A stretch of 64,000 bases of DNA, taken from contig NC_088860.1 of NCBI RefSeq assembly GCF_963853765.1, positions 40,734,001-40,798,000 on the forward strand. The letters run 5' to 3'. The notes under the pieces were generated by a model. That model saw only the letters and a list, made by a program, of their open reading frames with translations. It made no database searches and had not been told where the DNA came from. The translations under genes were made by a program, and so were the position numbers. This DNA comes from Magallana gigas (taxonomy: Eukaryota). Shown here in pieces: positions 1-12,840 of the stretch (position 1 is its first letter; the number at the start of each line of letters is the position of its first letter).

Positions 1-11
1 TATTCTGAATG

Positions 12-13
<2 letters not shown>

Positions 14-75
<62 letters not shown>
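14..75. repeat. (CA)n microsatellite
   Basis: Uninterrupted CA dinucleotide run of about 31 units. Confidence 0.97.
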
Positions 76-76
<1 letters not shown>

Positions 77-930
77 TATAATGTCATGCGTCGCTGTATG
101 CTAAACAGTTTTATGAATCTAATGTTTTCGTTGTAAATGAATTCCATTGAAAACATATGTGTGTGCTATAAATATATACTTTTAATACAGTTTCTTAGAA
201 TAAATTGTTGCTGTTCCTTTTAGTCAATGTTTATCGGTAGATCATAAATAAGATAAGACCAATAACAAAAAAACGAGTCTCGTGTAACATCAACCTACAT
301 GCATAGCAGATGTTGTACGTAAAAAAGTCATCCTTACAAATAACACCGAACATAAACTGGCCTAAACTATTAAGCTATATGACTAAAACACTTAATTTGG
401 ATGTTGATGGAGGGGGACGGGAATCGTACTTTTTAAAAAAAATAATTTTAATATAGCTTTAACTGATGTATCTTACTAATTTAACTGAATTTTTTATGTT
501 TTGAAATATTATTTGATTTTCTAAAACTGAATACCTTTTACGGGGGGGGGGGGGTTATTGCATGAATTTTACTGTCTAAAATATTGTCAAGTTTGGTCAA
601 ATAGTAATGGAAATTGATGAGAGTTGATACATATTTTGGATTAATCAAAAAACAAGATAGTTCAGACTCTTCTCTTCGTCTATGACTACAGGGACGGAAA
701 CTCTGACGTCACCGACAGCCTTGTTTCTCAAATTATTAATGAACTAATTCCATGCGCACACATTTTGTATGAACGCGGTGTGAACCACTTACACTGCCCT
801 TAGTAAGAAGACATCACAATAAAATTAGCTGTACAGATTAAATATACATTGTAACTAGGTCACAAATATTTATATCTACCACGTGATAAAGGGTCGTCTG
901 CTGATTATACGAGTGTTGACAGACTGTGTA

Positions 931-3900
931 ATGTGTGTGAGCAGAAAATGGCGGGGCTACACGGTGGTTCTGGGTGGGGTCTTAATTCACCTGACCCTCG
1001 GGACTATCTATACGTTCGGTAGGTTAACGTTCACCTTACATTTCAGAGTCGCTTGTCAAATAATAATTCCTGAACGCCCGTTAAGAGTGGACGACTCCAC
1101 AGCGAGGTATGCCGCAATATTCTCCTTCAAAATGTCATTTTATGAATAGCTTTAATTTACGCTTTAACTTCCCTATTCCATAACGTGCAGTAATATTGCT
1201 TTACTACATCAGATTCATCAGTTTGTATACAAAACTATACGGAAACTACCTACATTTCCCATTAAACAGCAAGCAGCAAAATTTTGATGATCATGTCATA
1301 AATATATGAGCTAAATTTTGTAAAAGCATGTACATATGCATATAATTATAATATAAAATCAAATATATACCTATATAGCCATGGCATTTTCTATTTGAAA
1401 TATAAGCACAGTTTTTTAATTACATGGTTCGTTAAGATAAAACAAAACATTTGAATATGATTCTCAGACACCCCAGAAATAGAAAGGGATAAATTCAATC
1501 ACTAAAACCATGTAAAGTGATAACATGTCATAATTTATGAGCTTAATTTTGTAAAAGCATGACTCTTTGTATATAATTATATATATGAGAGAAAAAAATG
1601 TATAATTATATACCCATAGCATTTTCTATCTTAAATATATGCATACTTTTTATTAGCATACAAAACATTGAAATAGAATTCTCTTACACGCCAGATATAT
1701 AAAGGAGTACATTTAATCACTATACTTGAGTTATTCTCTGAAAAAATTCCCTATAACTATTTGTAAGACTGCTATGACTTCTCCTGAATATAAAGGTTTA
1801 CTATGTCTCAATATATACATATATGGGCGTCTAATATTTCTTCTTTATTGGAAAATGTTCAAAATATCAAGGACGCTTAGGAATTTTCATCTTTCTTTTT
1901 TTTTTTACAAAATGTTTTATCATTTTATACATCTATTATGGTTACAATGTATTGGTCGAGCTTTGAGGTTTTGTTATATAACCATAATAGTACAGAGTGG
2001 GTTTGAGTGCTACACATAATTGTTGGACCTGAAGACGCAAACGATACCCACTTTTCTGTCTGAAGGTCCTACAAAACATAATTATGCTGCTCCAATCCTA
2101 GTCAACCTTTGCTTTGTTACGCCCTTCATTACAGATGTTAGTACTTATTAATTTCAACTAGCAACATGTCGCACAGCTCTTCAGCTGTTTCCGTTCCAAT
2201 CTCATCAGCTTTGATGTGGCGCTCTAACATTTTTATGTTGGACTGCCAGACTTTTTGTTAGGAAGAACAATCTAGAAGAGTATTTATAAGGTTATACATA
2301 TAATATTATTTATGTTATGTTTTTATGATAAAGACATAAAAAGCATACTGGATACGTAGTACATGTATTATAAAATGTTTTAACCACCATTAGTGATGGT
2401 CTCTTGTTTCTTAGGAAACATGACGCCCTATATGACATCCTACATGAAAAGACATAATGTCGACGTGTCCCTGAATTACGCAGAAAGCACGTGGATCAGC
2501 GCGATTGCTGCCATGGGCCAAGGGATGTCCATGTTTCTGGGTGGGATCATGTACCGGGCACTAGGGCCGAAACTCTCCACGCTCATTGGCGCTTGGTTGG
2601 CAAGGTATGCAAAGGTGTTTAAAGTGGTGATATGGAACGCTTTGCAATATTGATTTGGATACAAGTACGTCACATAAAAAAAGAATTAAGCTTGCACTGG
2701 GTTCAATCGCAACTTCTTGGGTTTTTCCGAGCATTCCATTTTCCTGCATGTCCCTCACTAACCAAGATTTTTTTTAGCTCAATGACGGCTTTTTCCAATA
2801 CAACCAATTGTTAAAATGGGGGGGGGGGGGGGGTGCAAAAAAAGACAGAAGACAAAGTTGACCACTGATATAGGAATTAGGAAATGTATATTTCAAGTCT
2901 CCCAATAATCCACTCTTTTTTATTTTTACCAATTCTCAGTGCAGGTGTAGCACTGACCTACTTCACCATCAAGGTCTCTTTCTACTGGACCATGTTCACC
3001 TACGGATTTATGTTCGGGATCGGGGTTGGGATAGCTTATGCCACGCCCATGGGATGTGCCATGAAGGTGATTGATTGTTTAACCGTAATTGTCATGATAT
3101 ACATAGACATCTTCGAATATAAACCACAATATATTACAACAATAGTATTATATCAATATATTTACATTACCCAGTGTCTTTGTCTGTGATAACACTACGT
3201 ATCGATTTTGTACTATATAACCCATAATACAAATGACGCCAAATTGAGGCGCCGGCGAGGTTTGCTTATTTATATTTAAAGATTTAATCGTACGATGGCC
3301 TAAAATTATATAAATATAAGTAATAAGGAATCATTCTTTGAATATTATGAGGTGATAATTTCGATCACGCCCCGACCAAAATGATCACCTTATTATACTC
3401 AAAGAATGATTCCTTATTCCTTATGTAATATTATATCATTGTATTATATATGTATATTATCTAATAATTTCATGTTTTACTATATTTAAATAATACTTAT
3501 AGTGATAATTTAACGTTGCAACAAAATTATTAATATTTATATCAATGATATGACATAAGTATTGATTGCATGGACATATTTTTCATAACTCCTTAATGCT
3601 TTTCGACATAAATCCTTTACACATTATCAACAACCTTTGGAATGGATACATGACCATTGCAGTTTTATAGCTATCCGTTTGTTTCAGTGGCTCCCAGATA
3701 AGGAGGGGTTGGTAAATGGCTGTGTTGTGGCCGGATTTGGGGGAGGGGCTTTCATTTTTGACCAGATCCAAACAGCGTACATTAATCCGCACAACGAGAA
3801 GACTAACTTTGACGAGAATGGCGAAAAGTAAAACGTGTTTTTGTCTTTGAAAATGTAATTTTATTGACTAAAGCCAATTGAATATTTTAAGTTGACCATT

Positions 3901-6900
3901 GCGTATGAACTGGCAATTAATTTCATCTATATTTGCCTTTACATATATTTAGGTATTTTAAGCAAGACGATGTATTAGACAGAGTTCCGTCTTGTTTTCT
4001 TATGCTGGGCGGCTGCTATGCCGCTATGCAGTTTATCGGGGCTATGTTACTACAGGACCCCACACAACAGGTACAGTTAAGCTTATTATGACCTATGATA
4101 AAGATTTGGTGATGTCCAATGGCAATGGGCCAATGCTAGTAAATAATAACAAGAATCATTCATGAAAGGTACATGGAATAATGAATAATAATTGGGATGA
4201 TTCCAAAATAAACTTTCACTAATTTGCAGATCTATAGCCTATGTAGGACATGTCATTTGGGTTGACGGTCCGTCAACCCGAATTTTCCACAGAGCTACAG
4301 GTCTAGATCTGCAGCTAACCTTCACTCGATGATCTCTTTATTAAATACACAGTTACCGTTTTAAATGAAAAACCTTTTTATTTCATTACAATAACTACTA
4401 TGGGAAATGATCTTTTATACAGAAGGAATTGTTTTTAGATAATTTACTTCCACGAAATACTTGTTTCTGTATACAGGGTTATTTTTGCCCCGTGTTATTT
4501 TCCCCCATCTACACTTACAAACGGTTTCCCCATGTCTGCTTAGGCATTTTAAGTCTTGAAATATAATGTAAAGCGAAGTAATTTTCCCAGTCTTAAATTC
4601 GCAAATGACAACGAGGGCAAAACGGGCGAAAATAAAACCAGAGCGAAAATTTCCCTATAAAAAGTATTTTATCCAATGGTTTTATGTTAAACTTTAAAGT
4701 AACAAATGTTTGAATATTATCATTTCTAATATAATCAATGTAATTGTTCGAAAATTGACCAGAAAATCAGTTGGTTTTGTTAATTTAATTAAGCTTAAAT
4801 TATATTCTACAGTGCCACCTTTCATAATCCGACTATGTCTTGTTATATTATAGTATCTTCCGTTGATCAATTCAAAAGAATCCCCTGTTTCAGAAGGCAG
4901 CCTTGATCGTAATGACGATGGGAGTAAAGAGGACTATGTAAAGTACTAGTCAAAAATTTCTTGTTTATATAATCATCTTTAAAATGCAGCTACGTGTATC
5001 TACGCATGTCTAAAAGTACTGTATCCTATTCATTCAATATTTCTTGTTCTCAATTGTTTAAGCATCCATTTTGTTTTTCTTCCGATTTAGTGAGGAGAGA
5101 ACTCTTACACCGCGGGAGACGCTAAGACAGCCTGAGTTCTACAAACTCTGGTGCATGTATTTATTTAATGGCCAGGGCATCAGCTTCATTTCGTCACTAT
5201 ATAAGGTATCCGTGTAATTAAGTCAATGTGTAACTCTATCTACTGTAGCTTTACAAACCTTGGTTTTTGTATTTATTTAAGGTGGTGAGGGACATATGCC
5301 GATATTAAAGTACATTATAATTAAAATACTTCTACCTGGTTAGAATTTTCAAATTTTACAGTATTTAACCAGAATGTTTTTTTTATAATTTGGAAGGGTA
5401 AAATTTTTATTTAAAATCCCCAGCGGGATTCTAATTCATGATGTAGAGATTCATATAGAAAACTCTAACCCATTGCACAACGCTGTTAGATGACAATATT
5501 TGGAAAGACAATTTTTATAAAATTACACTGCATTTTATTGTTCGATAAATAGGACGTCACATTTAACATGGAGATGTCCCATACCACCTTAATAACAAGG
5601 TTATCGGCTAATATGGCAAACAAGATATACAGAAAAACAGATCAACCAGTTTCTTACATACTATTTAACTGTAAGCAACAACGTTATTAACCCTACAAAA
5701 CTACATGTATATTTAAAAAACGGGGAACAAATTGGAAGATACCCTGCTATTATAATGATACTTATGGTTGTCATTTTATATTGACTTAATCTTTTGGGGG
5801 GTGGATCACACTTTTTCAGGCGTTTGGTCAGACGTTCATCACAGACGATTACTTTCTGGCGGTGGTGGGATCCCTAGCAGCCGTCTGTAACGGGGCGGGG
5901 CGAATCATGTGGGGGGCATTGGCAGATAGGTACTGCTTCAAGGTAGGAACTTAAAAACAACGTACTTCATGAATAATAAATCTTTGTTCAAAATGATCGG
6001 TCTTCTTCATGGAATTGTGTTCAATCGCGTGGGAGCTCGATGATCTACGGTTTTTCGCTTACTAACTTCCATTAGAATTTTAGACGCTTAAAAGTGCTGT
6101 TTTTATTGGTTAATACAAATTTCACTTAATTTTATTGGTGGAATGAAATAGTGAATATTTAAAATATCATTGAGATGACCGACGGACTACGCAATTTAGT
6201 TTATAAATAAAAAAATGCACTTGTTACTTTTCTGTCAACTATTTTAACAAACAAATGTTAATTATTTCACAACGAGATATTTAACTTAGAGATTTGAATG
6301 AATTACTGATGAACTTCAATCTTAATTTTTAGACTGCCATGGTCTTCTCTACGGGGCTATTTTCTTTCTTCATACTAAGCTTTGAGCTGACCAGTTTAGC
6401 GGGGAAATCGCTGTACCTTATCTGGGTCTGTTGTCTGTTCTTGTCTTTCTCCGGTAATTTTTCGCTCCTACCCACTGCAACAGCAAAGGCGTTTGGGAAA
6501 ACCCACTACGGGGTGAATTATGGAATGGTGTTTACTGCCTCTGTAAGTTACACAATAGAATTTACAAATTAATCCATTCACTTATCAATCTACATTTAAA
6601 AAATAAACACAGAAAAGAAGTACACAGGGGTAAATATTTTGGGTTTGGGAGAGTTTTGCTGACATTTAAGTGATTATATTTCCTACTTAAAAGAAATTAG
6701 TGTATTTATCCATGTTTTTGTTCTCTTTCGGTTTGACCGAATCAATGAAAACCAAATTTTAAACTATAAAATATTCTGTTTGCAGTCAAAGCAGTTTTTT
6801 TTCCAATTTCACTGAAAAATACAACAAAAATGATAAATTTAAAAAAAAAAAACGTCGAGATCGGTCTCTGTTTAATTAAATAATATTGATTTTGAAAAAA

Positions 6901-9900
6901 AAATAATCAATCCATCAAATTGGTTTGTCGAAGTACCTTAAGCAAATTAAGTTTGCATCATTTTCCTATTGGCAGGTGATCTCCTCCCCAATCTCCGCTT
7001 TGCTGACGTCCAAACTAAAGGCAGTGGTCCATTGGTATGGAATGTTCTACATGGTGGCATTTTTTTCATTTGTCAGTAAGTTTTAGACCAGTATTTGTTA
7101 TTCAAAAAAACTTTTTAACATAATATATTATGTAAAATTTGTCATTAATTTTGAATTGTGACGTCATCAACTCCGGGACTCTTACGAAGCCCGAATAGTT
7201 GAAGGGGTTTTTTTTCTTTGGCACATGATCTTGAAATCTGCCTGCGATCCTACTCTAAGAGACGGTGTTTTTATTGAGCCACAACGGATGTGGAAATGCA
7301 CATAATTATGGCGTTTCTATAATATACCTTGTATTTTGTGTGATTTTGAGAGAATAATTTAAAGTATTGTGAATAACTATAAAATTAACATGCACATGCA
7401 AGAAATGGCTTTAGTTTCCGTTAGTTGTAATGAATGAGACTTTCAAGTAGCAGTAGGTGCTAGCACGATAAAGATTTTTTAGGTTGTTTATAGTAGTCTG
7501 CATGGAGTGCTAGACGCGACGAGTACATACATCAGAATTAACTACTACACGATATATGGATAATGTTCATTATAACTTGATTGTGAAGGTTATGTTCCAC
7601 GGGATATGGTTAACTATTTTTATTTGCTGATTGTTATCAAACCCATTCGAATACCATACGCACAACCAGGAAATTCTGTGAAACTACTGATTTTTAACCG
7701 GGTTTTCCAACGGAAAAATCCGGTTATTAAAATGGTGAAAATGGCGGGCGGGCGGGCGGGCGGCTGCCAAAAGGGTACCTTCATTGTACGGATAACTCCT
7801 CCTACAGTTTTCAAGATAGGAAGTTGTTCTTTTGCAGATCAATTGTACATATATCAGAGGTGTGCATATTGCAAGGATTTTGATTTCCGATAATTTATCG
7901 AAAAAATACCAGGTTTTGAACTTACTCATTTTTTGGCAAAATTTTGCATATAGGGTACCCTCATTGTACGGATAACTCCTCCTACAGTTTTAAGATAGGA
8001 AGTTGTTCTTTTGCAGATCAATTGTACATATATCAGAGGTGTGCATATTGCTAGGATTTTGATTTCTGATAATTTATGAAAAAAATACCAGCTTTTGAAC
8101 TTAGTCATTTTTTGGCAAAATATTGCATATAGGGTACCCTCATTGTACGGATAACTCCTCCTACAGTTCTCAAGATAGGAAGTTGTTCTTTTGCAGATCA
8201 GTTGTACATATATCAGAGATGTGCATATTGCTAGGATTTTGATTTCTGATAATTTATGAAAAAAATACCAGCTTTTGAACTTAGTCATTTTTTGGCAAAA
8301 TATTGCATATAGGGTACCCTCATTGTACGGATAACTCCTCCTACAGTTCTCAAGATAGGAAGTTGTTCTTTTGCAGATCAGTTGTACATATATCAGAGAT
8401 GTGCATATTGCTAGGATTTTGATTTCTGATAATTTATGAAAAAAATACCAGCTTTTGAACTTAGTCATTTTTTGGCAAAATATTGCATATAGGGTACCCT
8501 CATTGTACGGATAACTCCTCCTACAGTTCTCAAGATAGGAAGTTGTTCTTTTGCAGATCAATTGTACATATATCAGAGGTGTGCATATTGCTAGGATTTT
8601 GATTTCTGATAATTTATGAAAAAAATACCAGCTTTTGAACTTAGTCATTTTTTGGCAAAATATTGCATATAGGGTACCCTCATTGTACGGATAACTCCTC
8701 CTACAGTTCTCAAGATAGGAAGTTGTTCTTTTGCAGATCAATTGTACATATATCAGAGGTGTGCATATTGCTAGGATTTTGATTTCTGATAATTTATGAA
8801 AAAAATACCAGCTTTTGAACTTAGTCATTTTTTGGCAAAATATTGCATATAGGGTACCCTCATTGTACGGATAACTCCTCCTACAGTTCTCAAGATAGGA
8901 AGTTGTTCTTTTGCAGATCAATTGTACATATATCAGAGGTGTGCATATTGCTAGGATTTTGATTTCTGATAATTTATGAAAAAAATACTAGCTTTTGAAC
9001 TTAGTCATTTTTTGGCAAAATGTTGCATATAGGGTACTCCATTTCACTGGATACGTGTTGATAGGATTATGGATACAGTTCACATAAAAGAAAACCCGGT
9101 TTGCTGTCACATTGACAGCTTTTCTCTTGTTTATTGTTTAGGTCTTCCAATTTCATTTGAAACCCCTACTATTTATTTTGAAAAATTTTCAGTTTTCTTC
9201 TTACATTTTTTCTTATCGACGTTAACTTTGATCCATATGTTTTTGATACCTTTTTGATGATTTTATTCGTGAAAATTCAATTTGTGAAAATAGTGGATAT
9301 CATACTGAAAATGTATATCATTTTTTCTTTGTCTGTCCTCTATATAATGAGGAAAGAAACAGTCTATTTTATCAAATATCAATGTTAGACTTGCAAAAAC
9401 CAGTAACTTTAGATTTGTTGTTATTTGGAAATGATGACATATCATATGATGAAAATACAGTACTATTAAAATTATAGTTCATAACTACATTGTAAAATCT
9501 AAGAGATTTAATTAAAATTATCATAACTATAGCTACATGTATATATCATTTAATTAAAGCATGTACATAAAGTAGAATACTTATGCTGTTATTGTACCAT
9601 TTAAGTTTTTTATTTTTTTTTTCTCTTTCTCTTTCCACAAACCAGTTTTTGCCAACCAACCGCCCCTTTTTTGCTCAACTGAATATATATTTTTTTATGC
9701 ATATATCTTTATGCTTCATCATACAATTCTTTACATGTATTACCTTGCACCTTCTGGAAAAGGCTTACATAGTTATTGCCTGCTGCCTTATCCATTTATG
9801 TAAATGTATATTTGCATAATAAAATCTGTTCAAATCAAATCCATAATATGTCTTTGTTACTATAGTCTGTCCAATTTTACTACTTCCCTCACCTTTTGAA

Positions 9901-10498
9901 GAATTTAAACAAAACTACACATATCTTACAAATTGAAATCGATATAAGTGAAAAAAAATCCAAGATTTCTTTATTGACACATCATCTATTTTTACCCAGA
10001 GAAATTTAGACGTACGAAGTCTAACTTCTCTCGGAGATTCCCATATGTATGATTAGATATGTTTTGCATATTTTCTCCATTTAATTACGAAATTCCTTCT
10101 GACACCTAGCACAATTTTTTAACGTTATCATCCGGGTACTTTTCATGTGCGCTGCAATGCAAAATCCCCGTAGACCTTTTATTTTTTGGTTGTGTGTTGA
10201 AACCTGAAGCGGTAGAAGAGGTTTTTCAAAGCTGATAATGTGAACTTTTTTCATTCTAGTGGATAAACATAGGGATAAATATAGATCAAAAAATTATAAG
10301 CAAAACAAAAAAGTTGTGGAGGCAGAAAGCTGGGACAGAGTATAAATTGAATATTTATTGTCACAATAAATGATTCTGCACACTGTGACAGTCATCTGCC
10401 ATGTATTTTGAAAATGACTTCATAATTTTTCTTTTATTTCAGGCATGTGCTTAGCATGGTCTTTTAATGTGAAGGATTCAAAGAACGCCGACATATGA
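931..10498 (+). CDS. Major facilitator superfamily transporter, oxalate:formate antiporter (OFA/OxlT)-like, 11 exons, 451 aa
   Basis: join(931..1018,2415..2604,2940..3066,3688..3827,3953..4070,4854..4942,5091..5205,5820..5942,6333..6542,6976..7075,10443..10498) = 1356 nt. All introns are GT-AG with consistent phases. Protein MCVSRKWRGYTVVLGGVLIHLTLGTIYTFGNMTPY...GIGVGIAY...WLPDKEGLVNGCVVAGFGGGAFIF...GRIMWGALADR...FGKTHYGVNYG...KDSKNADI* has many hydrophobic segments and MFS loop motifs. Exon 6 boundaries are the least certain. Confidence 0.88.
1292..1725. repeat. Diverged tandem duplication (about 232-bp unit, 2 copies) in MFS intron 1
   Basis: catgtcata...gagct.aattttgtaaaagcatg starts at 1292 and 1524. 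Both copies end near att.aatcacta. Confidence 0.7.
3161..3423 (+). mobile_element. Dispersed repeat ending in a 35-bp-stem hairpin, copy A
   Basis: Shares tgtctttgtctgtgataacactacgtatcgattttgtactata with the copy at 10647 and its first part with the copy at 13891. Inverted arms 3322-3356 and 3384-3418 have 3 mismatches. Confidence 0.75.
4467..4666. mobile_element. Degenerate short MITE-like element
   Basis: Imperfect terminal inverted similarity (ctgtatacagggttatttttgcccc / gagcgaaaatttccctataaaaagta) with inverted ttattt/aaataa subterminal motifs. Confidence 0.4.
5281..5588. mobile_element. Non-autonomous Kolobok-type DNA transposon (308 bp)
   Basis: TTAA on both sides (5277-5280, 5589-5592). 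15-bp TIR ggtggtgagggacat / atgtcccataccacc with 2 mismatches. Purine-purine 5' terminus. Confidence 0.75.
7691..9131 (+). mobile_element. Helentron-associated interspersed element (HINE/DINE-1-like) with a central tandem array
   Basis: 5' T-run plus subTIR aaccgggttttcc (7696-7708) and its inverted partner (7712-7725). (GGCG)n at 7743-7763. Seven 180-bp units. 3' subTIR gaaaacccggtt (9090-9101), stem-loop gctgtca-cat-tgacagc (9103-9119) and T-rich end. Confidence 0.85.
7773..9031. repeat. Tandem array, 7 x about 180 bp
   Basis: gggtacc.tcattgtacggataactcc recurs at 7773, 7953, 8132, 8312, 8492, 8672 and 8852. Confidence 0.97.
9861..10344. mobile_element. MITE family member 1 (Tc1/mariner-like TA ends)
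   Basis: Ends tatagtctgtcc...gggacagagtata. Internal aacgttatcatccggg...gctgcaatgcaaaatc.ccgtagac is shared with 18936-19404. Confidence 0.65.
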
Positions 10499-10646
10499 TT
10501 TGACAAGCGTGGAGGATGCGTCTGAGAAGTGCATACGCATGTCATTACAATTTGGAAGATTTCCAGAGGAAAAACGGAGGACTTTCTATTCATCCGTTTT
10601 ATGTCAAATATTTAAGTTGCTCTTCTGTTGTTTATTTATTTAAAAA

Positions 10647-10932
10647 TTTACATTTTCCAATGTCTTTGCCTGTGATAACACTACGTATCGATTTTGTACT
10701 ATAAATCCAATAACTTCAAATGGCGTATATGATTGGGGCGCCAGCTGGGTTTGCTTATCTATATTTTAAAATTTAATTGTACAATGGCTTAAAATTATAT
10801 AAATATAAGTAATAAGGAATCATTCTTTGAATATTATGAGGTGATTATTTCAGTCGGGGCTTTATTGGATTTGATCACGCCCCGACCAAAATGATCACCT
10901 CATAATACTCAAAGAATGATTCCTTATTCCTT
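10647..10932 (+). mobile_element. Dispersed hairpin-ended repeat, copy B
   Basis: Homologous to 3161-3423. Inverted arms 10811-10845 and 10894-10928 have 1 mismatch. Confidence 0.78.
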
Positions 10933-11081
10933 TAATATTATTTTGATTGATACCGTATTGTACATTATGTCCCAAAGTTTATAAATCCTACTGCTGTAAC
11001 ACAAGCTATCTTAATTTTGGCATATTGACCAAGTGTGGTAGTTTCATTCATATTCAATAGAAATAAACGCTGTTAGTGTTT

Positions 11082-11084
<3 letters not shown>

Positions 11085-11135
<51 letters not shown>
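11085..11135. repeat. (AG)n microsatellite
   Basis: Pure AG run. Confidence 0.97.
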
Positions 11136-11137
<2 letters not shown>

Positions 11138-11585
11138 TTGTGAATTGTCAGCACTGCACAGTCATGTTGAAATGAATAAGAGAGGTGTCAAATTGTGATG
11201 AAGTCTTATTGTGTGAGAGGGAAGTATGATGATGGCGGTGATGTCTGCAAGAGAGGTGTCAGATTAATTGTGATGATGATGATGTGTAATTATAAGAGAT
11301 GACACAGTGTGATGATAATGTCTCGAGATGAACGGAGGTGTCAAACGATGATGATGATATAATTTGAGAGAGATGTCAAATGTTGGTGTAGATGATGAAG
11401 GTGATAAATCAGATGTCTGAGTAAGAAAAGCGTCAAATGAGTTGTGATGATGACGGTTTGCCTGTATGTGAGGAGGTGGCAAACTATGAGGATGATGATG
11501 ATGATGAAGTGATGATGATGTCTAAGTGAGAGAAGTGTCAAATTGTGGTGATGATGATGATGATGTTAGATTGTGTGAGAGAAGA
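11136..11585. repeat. Degenerate minisatellite/low-complexity tract (gagaggtgtcaaattgtgatgatgat-like)
   Basis: Recurrent gagaggtgtca(a/g)a followed by (gat)n runs. Confidence 0.75.
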
Positions 11586-12165
11586 TTCTGTGATACATTT
11601 TCATCCAGGTCCTTAATTTTGTGCTAGACATATCCACATATTCTTTACATATGTACTCCCGGACGGTAATGACAGACTCTAAAATCTTTTGTTCTTTTTG
11701 TGGTCCATTTTCAACAATAATGTTAATTTTTAAAAATCACACAAAAGGTGACATATTGTAAGCAAGAGGGGTTAAGAGAGGTTTCAAATTTACGTCAATA
11801 TTGTGTATCACAAAATTCTGATGTTTGTTTATAGGTACATGTACTTAATTCCATGCTATAAATACTAGTACTTAATCGATCTTTGTTACCTTGAAAGGGG
11901 AATGTGAGACTCAAAAATAAACCTTACGCTTCTCGTCTTTTATTTTAAGAAGAATTTTCATTTATGGATGAAATTCATATGCACGAACTTTACATGGTGA
12001 GATAACAAATTCAACTGTGTTATTTTACCTATATAGATATTGGTATTTCAAATATTCCATTTCATGTACAAAGTTGAAAGTTATGTTTTGAATTAATTTT
12101 TTTAACTTGTAAACCATAGCTCTTATAATAGCTTTATTTGATTGTCTCCTTGAATAATTAAACTA

Positions 12166-12357
12166 TCTATTATAATACATAAATAGAACCATTTTAACAA
12201 GACCTTGGACTTTCGGTTGGATGTAACTATCTATTTCTTGCATCAAGATGAAAATGACGCTGTTTTCAAGTAAAAATACACAGATTGCATAGTCTTAGGC
12301 TAGCTCAAAAGTTGATTTCAAAGAGCCATGGCTGAATGGCTAGCGATAGATTACTAG
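12166..12357 (+). mobile_element. Mini-Helitron (192 bp)
   Basis: A|TC start (TCTATTATAATACAT) and CTAG|T end. Hairpin agccat-ggctga-atggct (12324-12341) lies 16 nt before the end. Confidence 0.6.
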
Positions 12358-12840
12358 TAAATAGACAGGCCTACGTCACAATGCTGTTTTACATAACTGC
12401 CTAAAGTCCAAACTCTTGTAAAAATGGTTATAATTTATTAGATTTGGGGGGGGCATGGTTTTTTTTTCTTCTATAATACATAATAGGCCTTTGTATTCAA
12501 AATCATTGGGCCATCGAGTAATGTTTGATATAGAAAATAAAAGAAAACAGCCAGTTGGGTCTGCGTGAATTTCTAATTCAAAAAAAGCATATATACACGA
12601 ACTGCACGTGAAGTTCTTGTTAGAGTGCACTGCTCTGATGTAAAGTTTCAGATCATAAAACATGATATCTTCATAATTATACAGAGGAAATTGTGTGTGT
12701 TCAATTCAACCCTAAAGTTGCATGTACCGAAACAGGATAAAAACTCGCATATAAAATTTTTAATTCTTATCTGTTCGCCATACTACTTTATAAAGAATAA
12801 AACGAGATGGGTCTTTGATTAGATGACACTTTACATAGGT

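Noticed and set aside
704-711. CRE palindrome TGACGTCA as an MFS promoter element
   Set aside because: An 8-mer without TSS evidence. The same motif occurs at 7159 inside an intron.
7926-8921. 331-aa ORF with 60-aa repeats
   Set aside because: A by-product of a 180-bp non-coding unit inside a HINE. No domain resemblance, and the frame breaks at the 179-bp unit.
931-10498. Recent bacterial transfer or contamination, since OxlT-like names are bacterial
   Set aside because: Ten canonical spliceosomal introns with host repeats inside. OFA-like MFS proteins are widespread in animals.
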